Shown: positions 25,632 to 35,828 of the stretch, piece by piece | How positions within the stretch are numbered: the stretch's first letter is position 1 | Layout of the letters: every line of letters starts with the position of its first letter | Source: Alphaproteobacteria bacterium HGW-Alphaproteobacteria-13 | GTDB lineage: Bacteria > Pseudomonadota > Alphaproteobacteria > Sphingomonadales > Sphingomonadaceae | Length of the DNA stretch: 38,662 nt | Assembly: GCA_002842935.1 (NCBI GenBank) | Contig: PHEM01000001.1 | Location: forward strand, 1 to 38,662 | Reading direction: 5' to 3' | Position numbers and translations under genes: made by a program | Notes under the pieces: model-generated | The model's input: only the letters and a program-made list of their open reading frames with translations | Database searches by the model: none | Told to the model about the DNA's origin: nothing

Positions 25632-28204
25632 TCCGCCGCTACCGCATAATCGGCGCCGCCGCCCTGGCGGGCCTTCACCGATTCCGGGAATGCGACGTCC
25701 TCGATCGCTTCCGCCATGCTCATGCCCGCGGCCGTCTTCGCGTCGATCGCCGCGAACACTTGCGGGCTCGAGGAGTAGAGCGTCGCCGAATAGGGATCGA
25801 GCACCAACCTGCCCATCGCCAACATCTCCGGGCCCTTGATGAGCATGTCGGAATATTCGGTGCCGTTCCGTTTCAGCGAGCGCATCATCGATTCAACCGC
25901 ATCATTCATGTCGAAGCGATCGAGCTTCTTGAAATCGGCGATCGTTTCCGGCTTCTGCTGAAGGATCACGAACCAGTCGCTGTTCTCAAGTGCCGCGATC
26001 GACCCTTCGGACTTGTAATAGTCGTTGAGCGACTGGGTGGCGGTAATCAGGGACGCGCCATATTTGCGGCAAGTACGGGCGTAGGTTTCGACGAAATCAG
26101 CCATCGAGCCGCCCTTGAGGAGCTGCCACGCTTCATCGAGCAGCAACGCCTTCCGCGTACTGCGATCCTTCCGCATCGCCTGACTCGACAGGAACATGAT
26201 CGCTGTCAGAACAACGGAGCGCAGCTCCTCGCGCGCCGACAGGTCCGAAAGTTCAAAGACGGTCAAGTCGGCGCCGATTTTCAAGGTCGACTGACCTGTG
26301 AAGAAACGGCCGTAGGTGCCGGCGCTCGAAAAGGGGCGCATAGCGATCGCCAGCTCTTCGCCCTGAACATGCTGTCTGGCGTTCAGCGCCTCGATAACAC
26401 CATCGATCGAGCCCTCAGTACCGCTCTTTTCCCATTCGGCGTTCACCGCGGCGTCGATCAGGCCACGCTCGGTGTCGTTGAGCCGGTCGATATGTCGACC
26501 CATCTGACCGATGATCGCCTTCAGCATGGCAATGCAATCGAGCCGATAATCTTCGTCACGCTCGGCCTCATCAGCGTCAATCATCGAGAAGGGATTGAGG
26601 CAGAAGCCCGAGCTCATCGTGAACTCGACGAATGCGCCGCCCTGCAGTTTGCAGCTATGCTCGAAGCTGCGGCCGTCATCGATCACGATGACCTTCGCGC
26701 CGGCGCCGACGAGCGCCGAGGTCATTTCCTGCAGCGCGACAGATTTGCCTGAACCCGACTTGCCGAACACCGCAACATTGTGGTTGCCCGCAGTGTTCTC
26801 AAAGGGCGACCAGAAGAAGGGCTGACCGCGGCGGCCGAGCAGCAAGAGATGCGGGATCGGACCGCCGTTGTACTCGCCCTGCAGCGGCGCGATGTTGGCG
26901 ACCGTCGTAGTCAACATCGTGCGGAAGCGTTTCAGTCGCTCGAAGTCTTTCGCGAGGCCATTCGCCATGGTCAGCGGCATGACCGAGATCAACCCGGCCA
27001 TCTGCAGATAGCGTTCGTCCTGAAGCTCCCAGCCCGCGGCTTTATATACGGCTTTCAAATTGCGTTCGTGACGATCGCCCTCGCCGTAGGGCGAGACACT
27101 CATCACGCTGTAAAAGACGCGAACGAGCTTCTGGCCCTGACGGAGCTGGTCCTGGACATATTCCCATTCGCGCGACTGGTCGCGAATCTGCGGGGTGAAT
27201 TTCGCGCTCTGCGAATTCGCCAGACTCGTCGTGCGCATGAACTTGAAGGCCGCACGCGAGGTGGCGGCCTGTTCATCGGGATAGGTGATGGTCAGCATCG
27301 TCGCAACCGGGCACGGCATCCGGAGCTTGTCGAAATAGGGATCGCCAATGAGCTTCACCGTATCCCACGGCGCCCAGCGTGGCGGCAGGTTGCGGATCGC
27401 ATAACAGCGAATATCGAACCGGTCGGGCACAATCTCGCCGATGTCGGGCACCCCGTCCTGCAGCGCGCCGAGCGCGCGAAATCGTTCGGTGCGGATGAGG
27501 ATGCGGTTGGGATCGGTGACGATCTCCATATCCCGGCGCACCGCCTGGTCCGCGATCGGATCGAAGCGGTTATAATCGACCACATCTTCACCGGACACGG
27601 TGGTCGGTGACGTCAGATCGTCGACGAGCTTGAGAAGTCCAACGGGATCGAGGATTTGCGCCTCGACGTCGATCGAGCGAAGCATGGACGCCATCGATTC
27701 CCGAAGCGTAATCAGTTCCTCGTCGGTGACCTTCGCACCTTCCGGCACGCCGAGCGAAATGAAGACCCGGTGCGATCGCAGATGGAACGGAGCGTCGGCG
27801 GACAGGCTCGACCACACCCCTCCCTCCAGATAATCCGCGCGATGCTGAGCAATCCGCTCGTAAACGCCTTTCGCCATTTGGCGCGGGATGAACCACTGGA
27901 CCATTCGTTCGGCGATCCGGGGGCTCATCCACTGCAAAATCTGGATCGAGGTCTTGTCGGGAATACCTTCGGAGAGAAACTGCGAGATGATCTCGCTCGT
28001 CCGATCGTCGGCGCCGACGAGGGGAGAAACCTCAAGAATGAAACCGCGCGACGCGCTGTTATAATAGAGACCGGTCTTCGGATCGAAGCTGCGATACGGC
28101 AGCCAATCTGCAAACATCGGGATCGAGGTCGACGGGACCGCCTTATCGACCTTGCGAGGCCCACCGAGCAAATCGCCCAGTAGTTTGTCGAACCAGCCAG
28201 CCAT
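25628..28204 (-). CDS. traC: VirB4-like ATPase TraC
   Basis: LPYRSFD, GRRGQ, Walker A GKSGSGKS, IDDGRSF, LLDEAWQ, RTCRKYG. Confidence 0.96.
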   Translation of the reverse strand: MAGWFDKLLGDLLGGPRKVDKAVPSTSIPMFADWLPYRSFDPKTGLYYNSASRGFILEVSPLVGADDRTSEIISQFLSEGIPDKTSIQILQWMSPRIAERMVQWFIPRQMAKGVYERIAQHRADYLEGGVWSSLSADAPFHLRSHRVFISLGVPEGAKVTDEELITLRESMASMLRSIDVEAQILDPVGLLKLVDDLTSPTTVSGEDVVDYNRFDPIADQAVRRDMEIVTDPNRILIRTERFRALGALQDGVPDIGEIVPDRFDIRCYAIRNLPPRWAPWDTVKLIGDPYFDKLRMPCPVATMLTITYPDEQAATSRAAFKFMRTTSLANSQSAKFTPQIRDQSREWEYVQDQLRQGQKLVRVFYSVMSVSPYGEGDRHERNLKAVYKAAGWELQDERYLQMAGLISVMPLTMANGLAKDFERLKRFRTMLTTTVANIAPLQGEYNGGPIPHLLLLGRRGQPFFWSPFENTAGNHNVAVFGKSGSGKSVALQEMTSALVGAGAKVIVIDDGRSFEHSCKLQGGAFVEFTMSSGFCLNPFSMIDADEAERDEDYRLDCIAMLKAIIGQMGRHIDRLNDTERGLIDAAVNAEWEKSGTEGSIDGVIEALNARQHVQGEELAIAMRPFSSAGTYGRFFTGQSTLKIGADLTVFELSDLSAREELRSVVLTAIMFLSSQAMRKDRSTRKALLLDEAWQLLKGGSMADFVETYARTCRKYGASLITATQSLNDYYKSEGSIAALENSDWFVILQQKPETIADFKKLDRFDMNDAVESMMRSLKRNGTEYSDMLIKGPEMLAMGRLVLDPYSATLYSSSPQVFAAIDAKTAAGMSMAEAIEDVAFPESVKARQGGGADYAVAAE

Positions 28205-28824
28205 CAGTTGCCGTCCGGCGCCGGTTGAGCAGCCAGCGCGGGCGTCGACACAACAGCGTCGCCGGCGTCGCTAACTTGCGCCGCGCTACTCGACGGGGGC
28301 ACCTCGACGGGCTCCGGGCCTTTACGTCCTGCCAGACGACGTTCGACTTCGGCGCGAAACGCCTCACCCGTCACGGCCTTGCCAGTCGGTTGCACCGCGG
28401 CACTCGCGATTTCAGCGGGAGCCGGCGCGCCGGCGGCAAGCTCCACCAGCGACAATCGCGCAGGTCGGGGCGAGTCCGCCGCAATCTGGCTGTCGCCGTT
28501 CGCCGCGGCGGCGAATTGGGGCTCAACGTAGACGACGGTTTCGTCACGCCAACGGCCGAAGCGATCGGTCCTCGCCGGCAAAACGACTTTCAGCGAACCG
28601 GCGGACTGGGGAACCGAAGAATTCGGCGCCGCCGCACCTGCCACGACGCCGGTGGCGGCCCCACCTGTCATCGCCGCAATGGCCTGATCGTCGATGTTCG
28701 AGGTGGGTGAACAAATCCCATCCGGTGCGCGGCAGATGAAATTGCCCTTGATATTGCCGCCCATCGACGCGCACCCGCCGAGGGAGATGAGGCAAGCACC
28801 TGCGACCAGACCCAAGCTACGCAT
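28204..28824 (-). CDS. traV: Lipoprotein TraV
   Basis: Lipobox LGGC, F.C….G.C pair, VVLPARTD..G motif. Confidence 0.82.
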   Translation of the reverse strand: MRSLGLVAGACLISLGGCASMGGNIKGNFICRAPDGICSPTSNIDDQAIAAMTGGAATGVVAGAAAPNSSVPQSAGSLKVVLPARTDRFGRWRDETVVYVEPQFAAAANGDSQIAADSPRPARLSLVELAAGAPAPAEIASAAVQPTGKAVTGEAFRAEVERRLAGRKGPEPVEVPPSSSAAQVSDAGDAVVSTPALAAQPAPDGN

Positions 28825-28828
28825 ATCG

Positions 28829-29086
28829 TCAGCTCCTTCCGTTGCCGATTTCGAGAATCTGAACGCGCCTCGACCGAACGGACCGCAGCGCCATCGCTCC
28901 ACCCGCCATGCTGGCGAACAGGATCATGCAAATCGCCAATGCCTTGAAAAACGCGAACATCAGCGCGAACCGGCCCGCGGGTCCGAATTCCGCGAAATAG
29001 GAATTGACGATGATGATCATCCCGACCTGGCTCGCGAGGAACAGGACAAAGATCGCGCCGCCCAATCGATCGACCCGGGCCATCAC
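28829..29086 (-). CDS. Small membrane protein
   Basis: Two TM segments, overlaps the dsbC stop. Confidence 0.65.
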   Translation of the reverse strand: MMARVDRLGGAIFVLFLASQVGMIIIVNSYFAEFGPAGRFALMFAFFKALAICMILFASMAGGAMALRSVRSRRVQILEIGNGRS

Positions 29087-29928
29087 CGGGCCCCTTTCAG
29101 CCAGGTCTCGAGGACCGCGCGCGGGCGATAGCCTTCGAGAACCGTGCCATCGGAACGAACAAGGACAGGCGTTCCGCTGAACCCGTGCGATCGCGCAAAA
29201 TTCTCATTGGCGTCGAGACCGCTGGTGTCACAAGATGCCGGCGCCACCTCCGCACCCGCATAAGCGGCTCGAAGGGCTCGCGGCTTATCCTTGGCGCAAT
29301 AGACGCGGTTCGAAAGATCGCGTGTTCCAAGCGTCGAAATCGGCCGCTCGATCACGCGCACGTTCATCTGCTCGAGCTCGTTGGCAAGGGCACGGCAGAA
29401 GCCGCAATGAAGATCGGTGAAGATAGTGACGGGCGTACCGGAAGGATTGCCCCAGACGATCGCACCCGTCGCCGGGAGTTTGGACAGGTCAACCTTCTGC
29501 GCAGCCGCGGGCGGCGGCGCTGCTCGACCTGCCGGACCGGCGGCCGCCATCTGCGGAACCGGGGTTTCGCTTTCTTCTTCGAGGCCCGCCTTCGCCGCTC
29601 CACCGAGCAGCATATCGGGGTTCATTTCGAGAAGCTTCGCGGCGGTCAGGTCCTGTCGCGATTCCATGTCATAGACGCGGCCGACGATGAGATAGCGCGC
29701 CGTCCCATCGACATAAAAAAGGGTCTTGCCGGCGACCACCTCGCAAAGTCCCGCGACCTTGTCGCAGTCGATCGCCGAGACTTGCGTTTTCGGCAGGCGA
29801 GTCTTGAGCAGTGCGGAAACCCGAGTGGGTTCAAGCCGATCGGCGGCATAGACTGCCGTTGCGGCGCCCCCGAGAAGCAATGCGGCGACTAGACCAATCT
29901 TGAGCTTCATGTTCAGCCCTTTCCTCAA
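29083..29928 (-). CDS. dsbC: DsbC-type thiol:disulfide isomerase
   Basis: Signal peptide, N-terminal dimerisation segment (GLCEVV…FYVD), FTDLHCGFC, GFSGTP, EGYRP. Confidence 0.88.
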   Translation of the reverse strand: MRKGLNMKLKIGLVAALLLGGAATAVYAADRLEPTRVSALLKTRLPKTQVSAIDCDKVAGLCEVVAGKTLFYVDGTARYLIVGRVYDMESRQDLTAAKLLEMNPDMLLGGAAKAGLEEESETPVPQMAAAGPAGRAAPPPAAAQKVDLSKLPATGAIVWGNPSGTPVTIFTDLHCGFCRALANELEQMNVRVIERPISTLGTRDLSNRVYCAKDKPRALRAAYAGAEVAPASCDTSGLDANENFARSHGFSGTPVLVRSDGTVLEGYRPRAVLETWLKGAR

Positions 29929-31256
29929 TTGCGAATGAATGCGCCGTCGAGAAACACGATCTCGACTTCGACGCCGGTCGGCATCTCGATGACAGGCTGA
30001 TATTGTTCAGCGCGCTCGATGAGATATTGAGAGAGCATGTCGCCGGCCTGGCTCACGCCTTCGCCGATCCCGCCCTTGGCGATGTCGCCTGTCGACAGCT
30101 TCTGACGCTCGCCGTTGACGACGGTCGTCGTACCCGAGAGGAAACTGTTCGAGTTGGCCGAGAAGCCGCGACCGATGCCGCCGACGAGACCGGCGAAGAA
30201 CGCCTGCATCGTCAGGCTCCCCTCGCGGCTGACCACGCGCCCACGCACGCCGGTCTTGCCGCCGAACGCGATGAAGCCCTTGACCTCGCTCTCCGCGTAC
30301 CGGCCTCCCGGCTGCGGGCACGTCATCTTGGCGAGCTTCACATAGACCTTCTCGGAGGAGAGATCGCCGCGCGCCGCCCCGTTGACCAGGCAACCGTCAA
30401 TCCGGGTTGTCAGCACCTTGCCGTTCTGAGCGACCGAACGCGCCGGCCCCACGATTCGAAGGACGACCGGCAGCGGATCCGACTGCGACTGGACGTTCGA
30501 CGCCGCATCGACGCCGACGATCACCCGCGCTTTGGCATAGCTATTAGCAGGCAAATAATTGGGGCTATCCGACGCGAAGAGGTTGCCGGTCGGGGCCGCC
30601 TTCGATCCGCCGCCCGTCGACGCCGGCGTTGCCGCGAAGCTGATAACCTTGAGCTCGCGTCGCGCTTGCGCTGCAGCGACCGCCGCGCCCCCCGCCGGAT
30701 CATATGCTGCAGGCCCACCGGCGCCGTAGAGCGCGGTCGGACCCGCCGACGGGCGGGCACCAGCCTGCGCCGCAGCGAGCTGTTCTTTCAGGGAGCGGTT
30801 TTCATCGTCATAGGCGGAAAGAACCCGGGTCCCTTCGGATGCCATATTCTGATTTTCCGAGCGCAGCGCGTCGATTTGCGCCTGCATCTGGTCGAGTTGG
30901 TCGCCCTGCCCTTGCATCCGGCGAAGCTGATTATCCTGCTGCGTCAGCCGATTTTCCGACATCGACAGCCATTCTTTCTCCGAAAGATTTCGGGCGGCGA
31001 GATCGTCGGTCGAGACCTTGATGTTCTCCGAGGCCATGTCCTTCGGCGCATTCGGATCCGTCTCGGCGTCGCCGGCGAAGAACAACCAGTAGACCGCTGC
31101 AGTCAGCAAGAGCCCGCCAACGCCAAACAGCAGCATCCGCTGCCGCTTTTCGACGCCTTCATTCACTGTGAGGCTCGCGCCTTCCGGAACCGAAGGCGCG
31201 GCCGCGGTTTCACCGCGCGGCACTCCGCGCTTCAGAAATGACCCCAGACCTGCCAT
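29925..31256 (-). CDS. traB: TraB (VirB10-like)
   Basis: TM and coiled coil, YLPANS, GVDA, GDLSSEK, GVRGRVVSREG, AEQYQPVIE. Confidence 0.94.
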   Translation of the reverse strand: MAGLGSFLKRGVPRGETAAAPSVPEGASLTVNEGVEKRQRMLLFGVGGLLLTAAVYWLFFAGDAETDPNAPKDMASENIKVSTDDLAARNLSEKEWLSMSENRLTQQDNQLRRMQGQGDQLDQMQAQIDALRSENQNMASEGTRVLSAYDDENRSLKEQLAAAQAGARPSAGPTALYGAGGPAAYDPAGGAAVAAAQARRELKVISFAATPASTGGGSKAAPTGNLFASDSPNYLPANSYAKARVIVGVDAASNVQSQSDPLPVVLRIVGPARSVAQNGKVLTTRIDGCLVNGAARGDLSSEKVYVKLAKMTCPQPGGRYAESEVKGFIAFGGKTGVRGRVVSREGSLTMQAFFAGLVGGIGRGFSANSNSFLSGTTTVVNGERQKLSTGDIAKGGIGEGVSQAGDMLSQYLIERAEQYQPVIEMPTGVEVEIVFLDGAFIRN

Positions 31257-31258
31257 GA

Positions 31259-32065
31259 TTAGCTCCCTTCCTTCCGGGTGACGACATAGGCCGACGTCGC
31301 CTGTCGCGGCGCCAGCTTCGGGTTGGCGATCGACACGGCGAGCGCGTCGGAGGGCGCAATGCGCCCTTCGGTGATTTCGACTGGAGCTGATGAACTATTC
31401 TCGATCCGCACCACGCGGCCGACGACATCCAATCCCTCATATTCGGCGACGAGCTGGACGGTGAGGTCCCCAGCCTGAACCGGGACGAGTGCCGAACGGC
31501 GCATCCGGTAGCCGGGAACAATCGCCTGCGATGCCATTGCCTGGATCAGTCGCACCGCCGTCTCGTCGGCGTCAGGCGCGGCCTCTTCCGACTCTGTCAC
31601 GGCTTCCGACTTCGCCATCGCGAGCGGGTTCGACACGAAGATTTGCTGCGCTTCGATTGCCTCGATCCGGCAGCCGAATTTATAGACATAGCCCTTCTTC
31701 GTCGTTCCGAAGAACGACAGGAGCTTCAGGCGAAAGCCTTCCGGGACCGACAGATAAATGTCGCCGCGCGTCGGTTCGTTCACCACCGAAAAATCATCGA
31801 GCGGGTTCGTCGGCTGCACCTTCGACACGCTCGCGAATTCGTCGCCAATCAGGCTGATGCGCGTCAGATCCTTTTCCGACGCCACGCACGCAACGCGCGA
31901 ATTGTCCTCGACCATTACGGTTTCATCCGCCCGCGCAGTCTGCGCGATCAAGAACGCAGCGCCGATCATCGTGACGCCGAGCGCACGCTGAAGCCGATCG
32001 AGCGAGCGCGACGAAACCAGCACGCCGCCGGTGCCAAGTGCCAAGGGCATGAGCATCTCCATCAT
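31259..32065 (-). CDS. traK: TraK (secretin-like)
   Basis: LTRISL.GD, GDIYL, FFGTT.KG.VY, LIQAM; order traE-K-B. Confidence 0.88.
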   Translation of the reverse strand: MMEMLMPLALGTGGVLVSSRSLDRLQRALGVTMIGAAFLIAQTARADETVMVEDNSRVACVASEKDLTRISLIGDEFASVSKVQPTNPLDDFSVVNEPTRGDIYLSVPEGFRLKLLSFFGTTKKGYVYKFGCRIEAIEAQQIFVSNPLAMAKSEAVTESEEAAPDADETAVRLIQAMASQAIVPGYRMRRSALVPVQAGDLTVQLVAEYEGLDVVGRVVRIENSSSAPVEITEGRIAPSDALAVSIANPKLAPRQATSAYVVTRKEGS

Positions 32066-32661
32066 TGGGGAGCGGGTAGCGTGGCGCCGATCGGCGCGTC
32101 CTCACCCGGCTTGTTGGGAACCACGATGCCGAAACCGATCAAACGGAGCTCGACGCCCGTGTAATTCCACTCGAAACGGAAGGTGCGCTTCACCGCACCG
32201 ACTTCCTGACGGCCGACCATCGTGTGGAGCGTGCCCGTCGTCTCCGACGTCAGGCTCTTCGGATCCACGCGCATGGCTTCCATCGTGAAAAATTGCGAGA
32301 CGCTCGAGCCCCGCTGATCATTGACGATCTTGAGCAGATCGCCCTTGATCCGCCCATAGGCGGAAGGATGGACGATCCGCAGAACGGACTCCATCCAATA
32401 GTCGAGATTTTGCGGGCTGCGATTGAGCATCATCACCGACGCATCGCGCGTGACGAGCTCAAGATACTCCCGGCTCACTCCCGCGCTGCTGATCTCGATT
32501 TGCCGGGTCAGCACCGGCTGGAGCACAATTTCGCGATCGCGCGCCGACGCAGCAACCAGCGAAAAGATTGTGATGATGGCAAGTCCAACGCTCGCTAGCA
32601 CGAGCATGTTGCGCTGTTTAAGTACGCGCTGCGCCTGCGCCTGGCTGAATCCCGCTTCCAT
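32062..32661 (-). CDS. traE: TraE
   Basis: KQRN followed by a TM, VSREYLE, SQFF; order traL-E-K. Confidence 0.9.
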   Translation of the reverse strand: MEAGFSQAQAQRVLKQRNMLVLASVGLAIITIFSLVAASARDREIVLQPVLTRQIEISSAGVSREYLELVTRDASVMMLNRSPQNLDYWMESVLRIVHPSAYGRIKGDLLKIVNDQRGSSVSQFFTMEAMRVDPKSLTSETTGTLHTMVGRQEVGAVKRTFRFEWNYTGVELRLIGFGIVVPNKPGEDAPIGATLPAPQ

Positions 32662-32664
32662 TGC

Positions 32665-32949
32665 TCACCCCGCCATCAATCGAAGATATGAAGGCGGAAC
32701 GGCCCGGATGCCCATGACACCGCTGGGAAGATACCAATAGGCCATATGCAGTAGCCATGAACCAGCACGTCCCGCCTTCGCTTTGCGGAGGACCCACCAA
32801 CCCAAGATTCCGAAACATATGCCCCAAATGATATGCTGTGCGAGGATGCCGATGAAAAAGGGTCCGGCCATCGCGACGAATTCGTCCATGGTCCAGATCC
32901 CGATCCGTTCGGGCTCGTCCAGCTTCCCGGGAATCACATAGCGATCCAT
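32665..32949 (-). CDS. traL: TraL
   Basis: IPGKLDEP, DEF, YWYLP, PPSY.R..G. Confidence 0.92.
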   Translation of the reverse strand: MDRYVIPGKLDEPERIGIWTMDEFVAMAGPFFIGILAQHIIWGICFGILGWWVLRKAKAGRAGSWLLHMAYWYLPSGVMGIRAVPPSYLRLMAG

Positions 32950-33008
32950 AACCGCCCCGCCCCATTTGCCCGGTCACGCACGGAAAGTGCGCTTCCGGGG
33001 CGCCCAGA

Positions 33009-33341
33009 TCAGATGATTGCCGTCACAGCCGAGGTGACGATCGGAACGCCCGTACCGACACCGATGCCGACGCCGACGGGAAGAGCGATCTGACCGAGGC
33101 TGAAGCGGCCCGACGCCATGCCGGCGAGGCCGAGTGCGAGCGAGATGATCGTGATGATCTTGCCGCCCGAACCTTCAAGGAACGCGGTGAATTTGTTGAA
33201 CGCGGTATCGAAGGTGGTGTCGGTGCCGGCGAACGCCGGACCGGCGAGCAGCACGAACGCGAGGAACGCGACGGCTGCCAGAAGCGGGAGATTTTCCTTG
33301 CGGAACAGCCCCCGGTCCTTGGTCATGGTCATGGTTTGCAT
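33009..33341 (-). CDS. traA: Conjugative pilin TraA
   Basis: Long leader ending AFAG, then GTDTTF…GSGGK and hydrophobic helices; first gene of the tra operon. Confidence 0.82.
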   Translation of the reverse strand: MQTMTMTKDRGLFRKENLPLLAAVAFLAFVLLAGPAFAGTDTTFDTAFNKFTAFLEGSGGKIITIISLALGLAGMASGRFSLGQIALPVGVGIGVGTGVPIVTSAVTAII

Positions 33342-33497
33342 GGTTCATTTCCCATCTGTTGAAACGACGCCGCATGGGCGCCGCTCCCATTGGGACTCGC
33401 CGGGGCGAGGGGCTGTCAAGCAAATAGCAAGAATCTTACGCGATAACACACCGATTTGGATGCAATTGTTCTTTTTGATGTGATTCGTTGTAAAACT

Positions 33498-33640
33498 GTG
33501 TCGCCTTTTCGCGACACCGCGTCGATTTAGCGCGCCACGCTGGCGGCTTAACGCGACAGTCTCAGCTATGATGTGAAGCCGGTTCGGCGGCTTTCATTCA
33601 CACCTTTGGGTATCATAGCTGACGACTTTTCATGAGAAAA
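33498..33640. promoter_or_regulatory. Divergent tra/regulator control region with inverted repeats
   Basis: GTGTCGC/GCGACAC IR (~33498-33517), perfect TCAGCTATGAT/ATCATAGCTGA (33562-33622), lower GC. Confidence 0.45.
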
Positions 33641-33988
33641 TCGCGAGTCTCAATCCAATATAAAGTTAGCGACAAATTCCTGCAAAGCCTCGCGCTTGCC
33701 ATGTACAGGCTGACAATATCTGAAAGAGACATCAAAAATCCTGCCGAGCTTTTCGATTATATCGTGAAGCATCGTCTAGAGGCAATCGAATCTTTTACTA
33801 CTAAGGATTTGCTTCTCTTCGCCGACAAAGGTGATTTACAGGGTGACATCGCAGTGTCGATTCACCTTAGCAAGCCGACAAATGACATCCTGAGCGCCGC
33901 GCGTTACCGCCTTGCTGCCCGAGCGGGCCGCGTCGTCTCGAACATTGAGCTACACCGGCTCGCATTTTCGACGATCACCGGAGAATAA
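33632..33988 (+). CDS. Hypothetical protein, possible tra regulator
   Basis: 118-aa ORF divergent from traA, lower GC. Confidence 0.65.
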   Translation: MRKSRVSIQYKVSDKFLQSLALAMYRLTISERDIKNPAELFDYIVKHRLEAIESFTTKDLLLFADKGDLQGDIAVSIHLSKPTNDILSAARYRLAARAGRVVSNIELHRLAFSTITGE

Positions 33989-34116
33989 AAACCGTCCGAT
34001 TAACGCTCTCTAATATTGACATTTTCGATTCCGTACATTCTGCTGACAACGTGGCGTCGCAAGTTTGCTAATCGAAAGTCATAAAAATATGGACTGCGTT
34101 CAACAAGGATGGGGCG

Positions 34117-34554
34117 ATGAGTGTAATAGAACTCTACGCGGACCTGTATCGACAGGAAGCGGAACGACAGAATTTGTCTTCGAGGCAGCTTGCTACAAAG
34201 CTTGACGCCCACCACTCTGGAATATGCGCCTTCCTGAAAGGCCGCTCGATTCCGAAACGAGATCGTCTCGACGAAATCGCCGACGCGCTCGGCATCGATA
34301 ATGTTCGCGCGTTCCTCGCGGTAGAAATTTTCCAGTCCGTCGAAGCGTATGATGAGCCACCGACAAAGCTGTTGGCGTTGCTCGTGCCATGTTTGGCGCA
34401 GACGCTGTCCTCCGACGACTGCCAGCTCCATGACGATCTTCGTGAATGGGAGGCCAATGCCCTGTTCGAGAAGATCCAGCTCCTAGTCCTGGAATTGCTC
34501 GGACCGCGATCGCGATTCCGCCAGCCCTTCCTCAGCTTCCGAACACCTCGTTAA
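34117..34554 (+). CDS. XRE-family HTH transcriptional regulator
   Basis: LSSRQLATKLDAHHSGICAFLKGRSIP…LDEIADALGI. Confidence 0.82.
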   Translation: MSVIELYADLYRQEAERQNLSSRQLATKLDAHHSGICAFLKGRSIPKRDRLDEIADALGIDNVRAFLAVEIFQSVEAYDEPPTKLLALLVPCLAQTLSSDDCQLHDDLREWEANALFEKIQLLVLELLGPRSRFRQPFLSFRTPR

Positions 34555-35447
34555 TGATGAAGCGGGGGGCCATAATTTCGTGTTTGATTGGGCAACTGGC
34601 TTTAAGCGCCGGAGCACACGCCGAAACGCAATCGCAGGTCCGGCGAGTTGCACTCCTCGACTTTTCCGCGCCCTCGACCCCGGTTGCCCAGCCGACCGCA
34701 CCCATCGACGCTGTATCGAACGGAATGCTTCTCGACTTCCGCGACATGCGGAGAAGCGAAGCCGCGGCGCCCAGCGTTAACACATTCTCGGCGATTAGCC
34801 CCGACAGCTATGGAATTGTGCGCGCCATCCGCGTTCCCGGATGGATGCGCTCGGGGCAGTCGACCAATCATTTTGCCAATCTTGTGCTTGGACTGCCGAC
34901 GATCGGAAACTGCTCGCCCAAGGCGTATTCATCGTCCGGCCTTCTCGGTCGCACGGCCGAGGAACGCCGACGCCTGCTCTATCCACTCGTACAGCGCGCC
35001 GCTTGCGAGGCCGGTCTTCCAATCGGCCTGATGGACGCGATGCTGATCCAGGAGAGCAGATACAATCCCGTCGCGGTCAGTCCGAAGGGCGCGTTCGGGC
35101 TCGGTCAACTCATGCCTGGAACGGCGAAGCAGCTCGGGGTCGATCGCTACAGTCTTCACGGAAACCTTCGCGGCGCAGCGCGCTATCTCAGTTGGCAGCT
35201 GAAGGAATTCGGGCGCGTCGATCTGGCGCTTGCGGCATACAACGCCGGACCGGGGCGCGTTCGCACGGTCCGCCGCGTACCGCGCATCACGGAGACGCAA
35301 AATTACGTCACCAAGATCCTCACCAACTGGCGCGTGATTGAGTCCAATCATCGGCCACTGGAGCCCGCGCAGGCATCGCCCCCGCCTGCGCGGGCTGTTT
35401 GGATCGGGGATTTCCGACGGGGCGCCGGCATAGGCGGAAGCAAATGA
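34554..35447 (+). CDS. Lytic transglycosylase (SLT domain)
   Basis: QESRYNP.AVSPKGA.GLGQLMP.TA, ALAAYNAGPG, ETQNYV; signal peptide. Confidence 0.93.
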   Translation: MMKRGAIISCLIGQLALSAGAHAETQSQVRRVALLDFSAPSTPVAQPTAPIDAVSNGMLLDFRDMRRSEAAAPSVNTFSAISPDSYGIVRAIRVPGWMRSGQSTNHFANLVLGLPTIGNCSPKAYSSSGLLGRTAEERRRLLYPLVQRAACEAGLPIGLMDAMLIQESRYNPVAVSPKGAFGLGQLMPGTAKQLGVDRYSLHGNLRGAARYLSWQLKEFGRVDLALAAYNAGPGRVRTVRRVPRITETQNYVTKILTNWRVIESNHRPLEPAQASPPPARAVWIGDFRRGAGIGGSK

Positions 35448-35828
35448 CGGGGGACGCATGAGATCCGCGCATCACGTTCCGCGCCCATCTTCGACTCTCT
35501 TTGCCACCATGAATCCGACTCTCGATCGCCGTCCCTTCACCGGGGCGGCAATCTTCATGCGCGCGTCGGCCCAATTCGACAGCGCGGGTGATCGCAATTC
35601 CGATTCAGGGATCAACAAGAATGGGGGCGCCGTGAGCGGATAAACGAAACCCGGCACGAAGGCCGGGCATCGCATCGAGTTTGGCCCAGGAATTAGGACT
35701 TCCTGATTGGCTTCCACCACAAGCTGGAAGCTTGGCTAACCTCCTTCGACATCTTTGTCAATGATGCGCGCTTCGCGCCACGGGATTTTTTTGCCCGCTT
35801 TCAGCTGCCCTCCGATGGAGGACAGACG

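Noticed and set aside
30003-31241. 412-aa plus-strand ORF, and similar ones at 17816-19051 and 25565-26752
   Set aside because: Antisense shadows of traB, traN and traC, with no motifs or RBS support.
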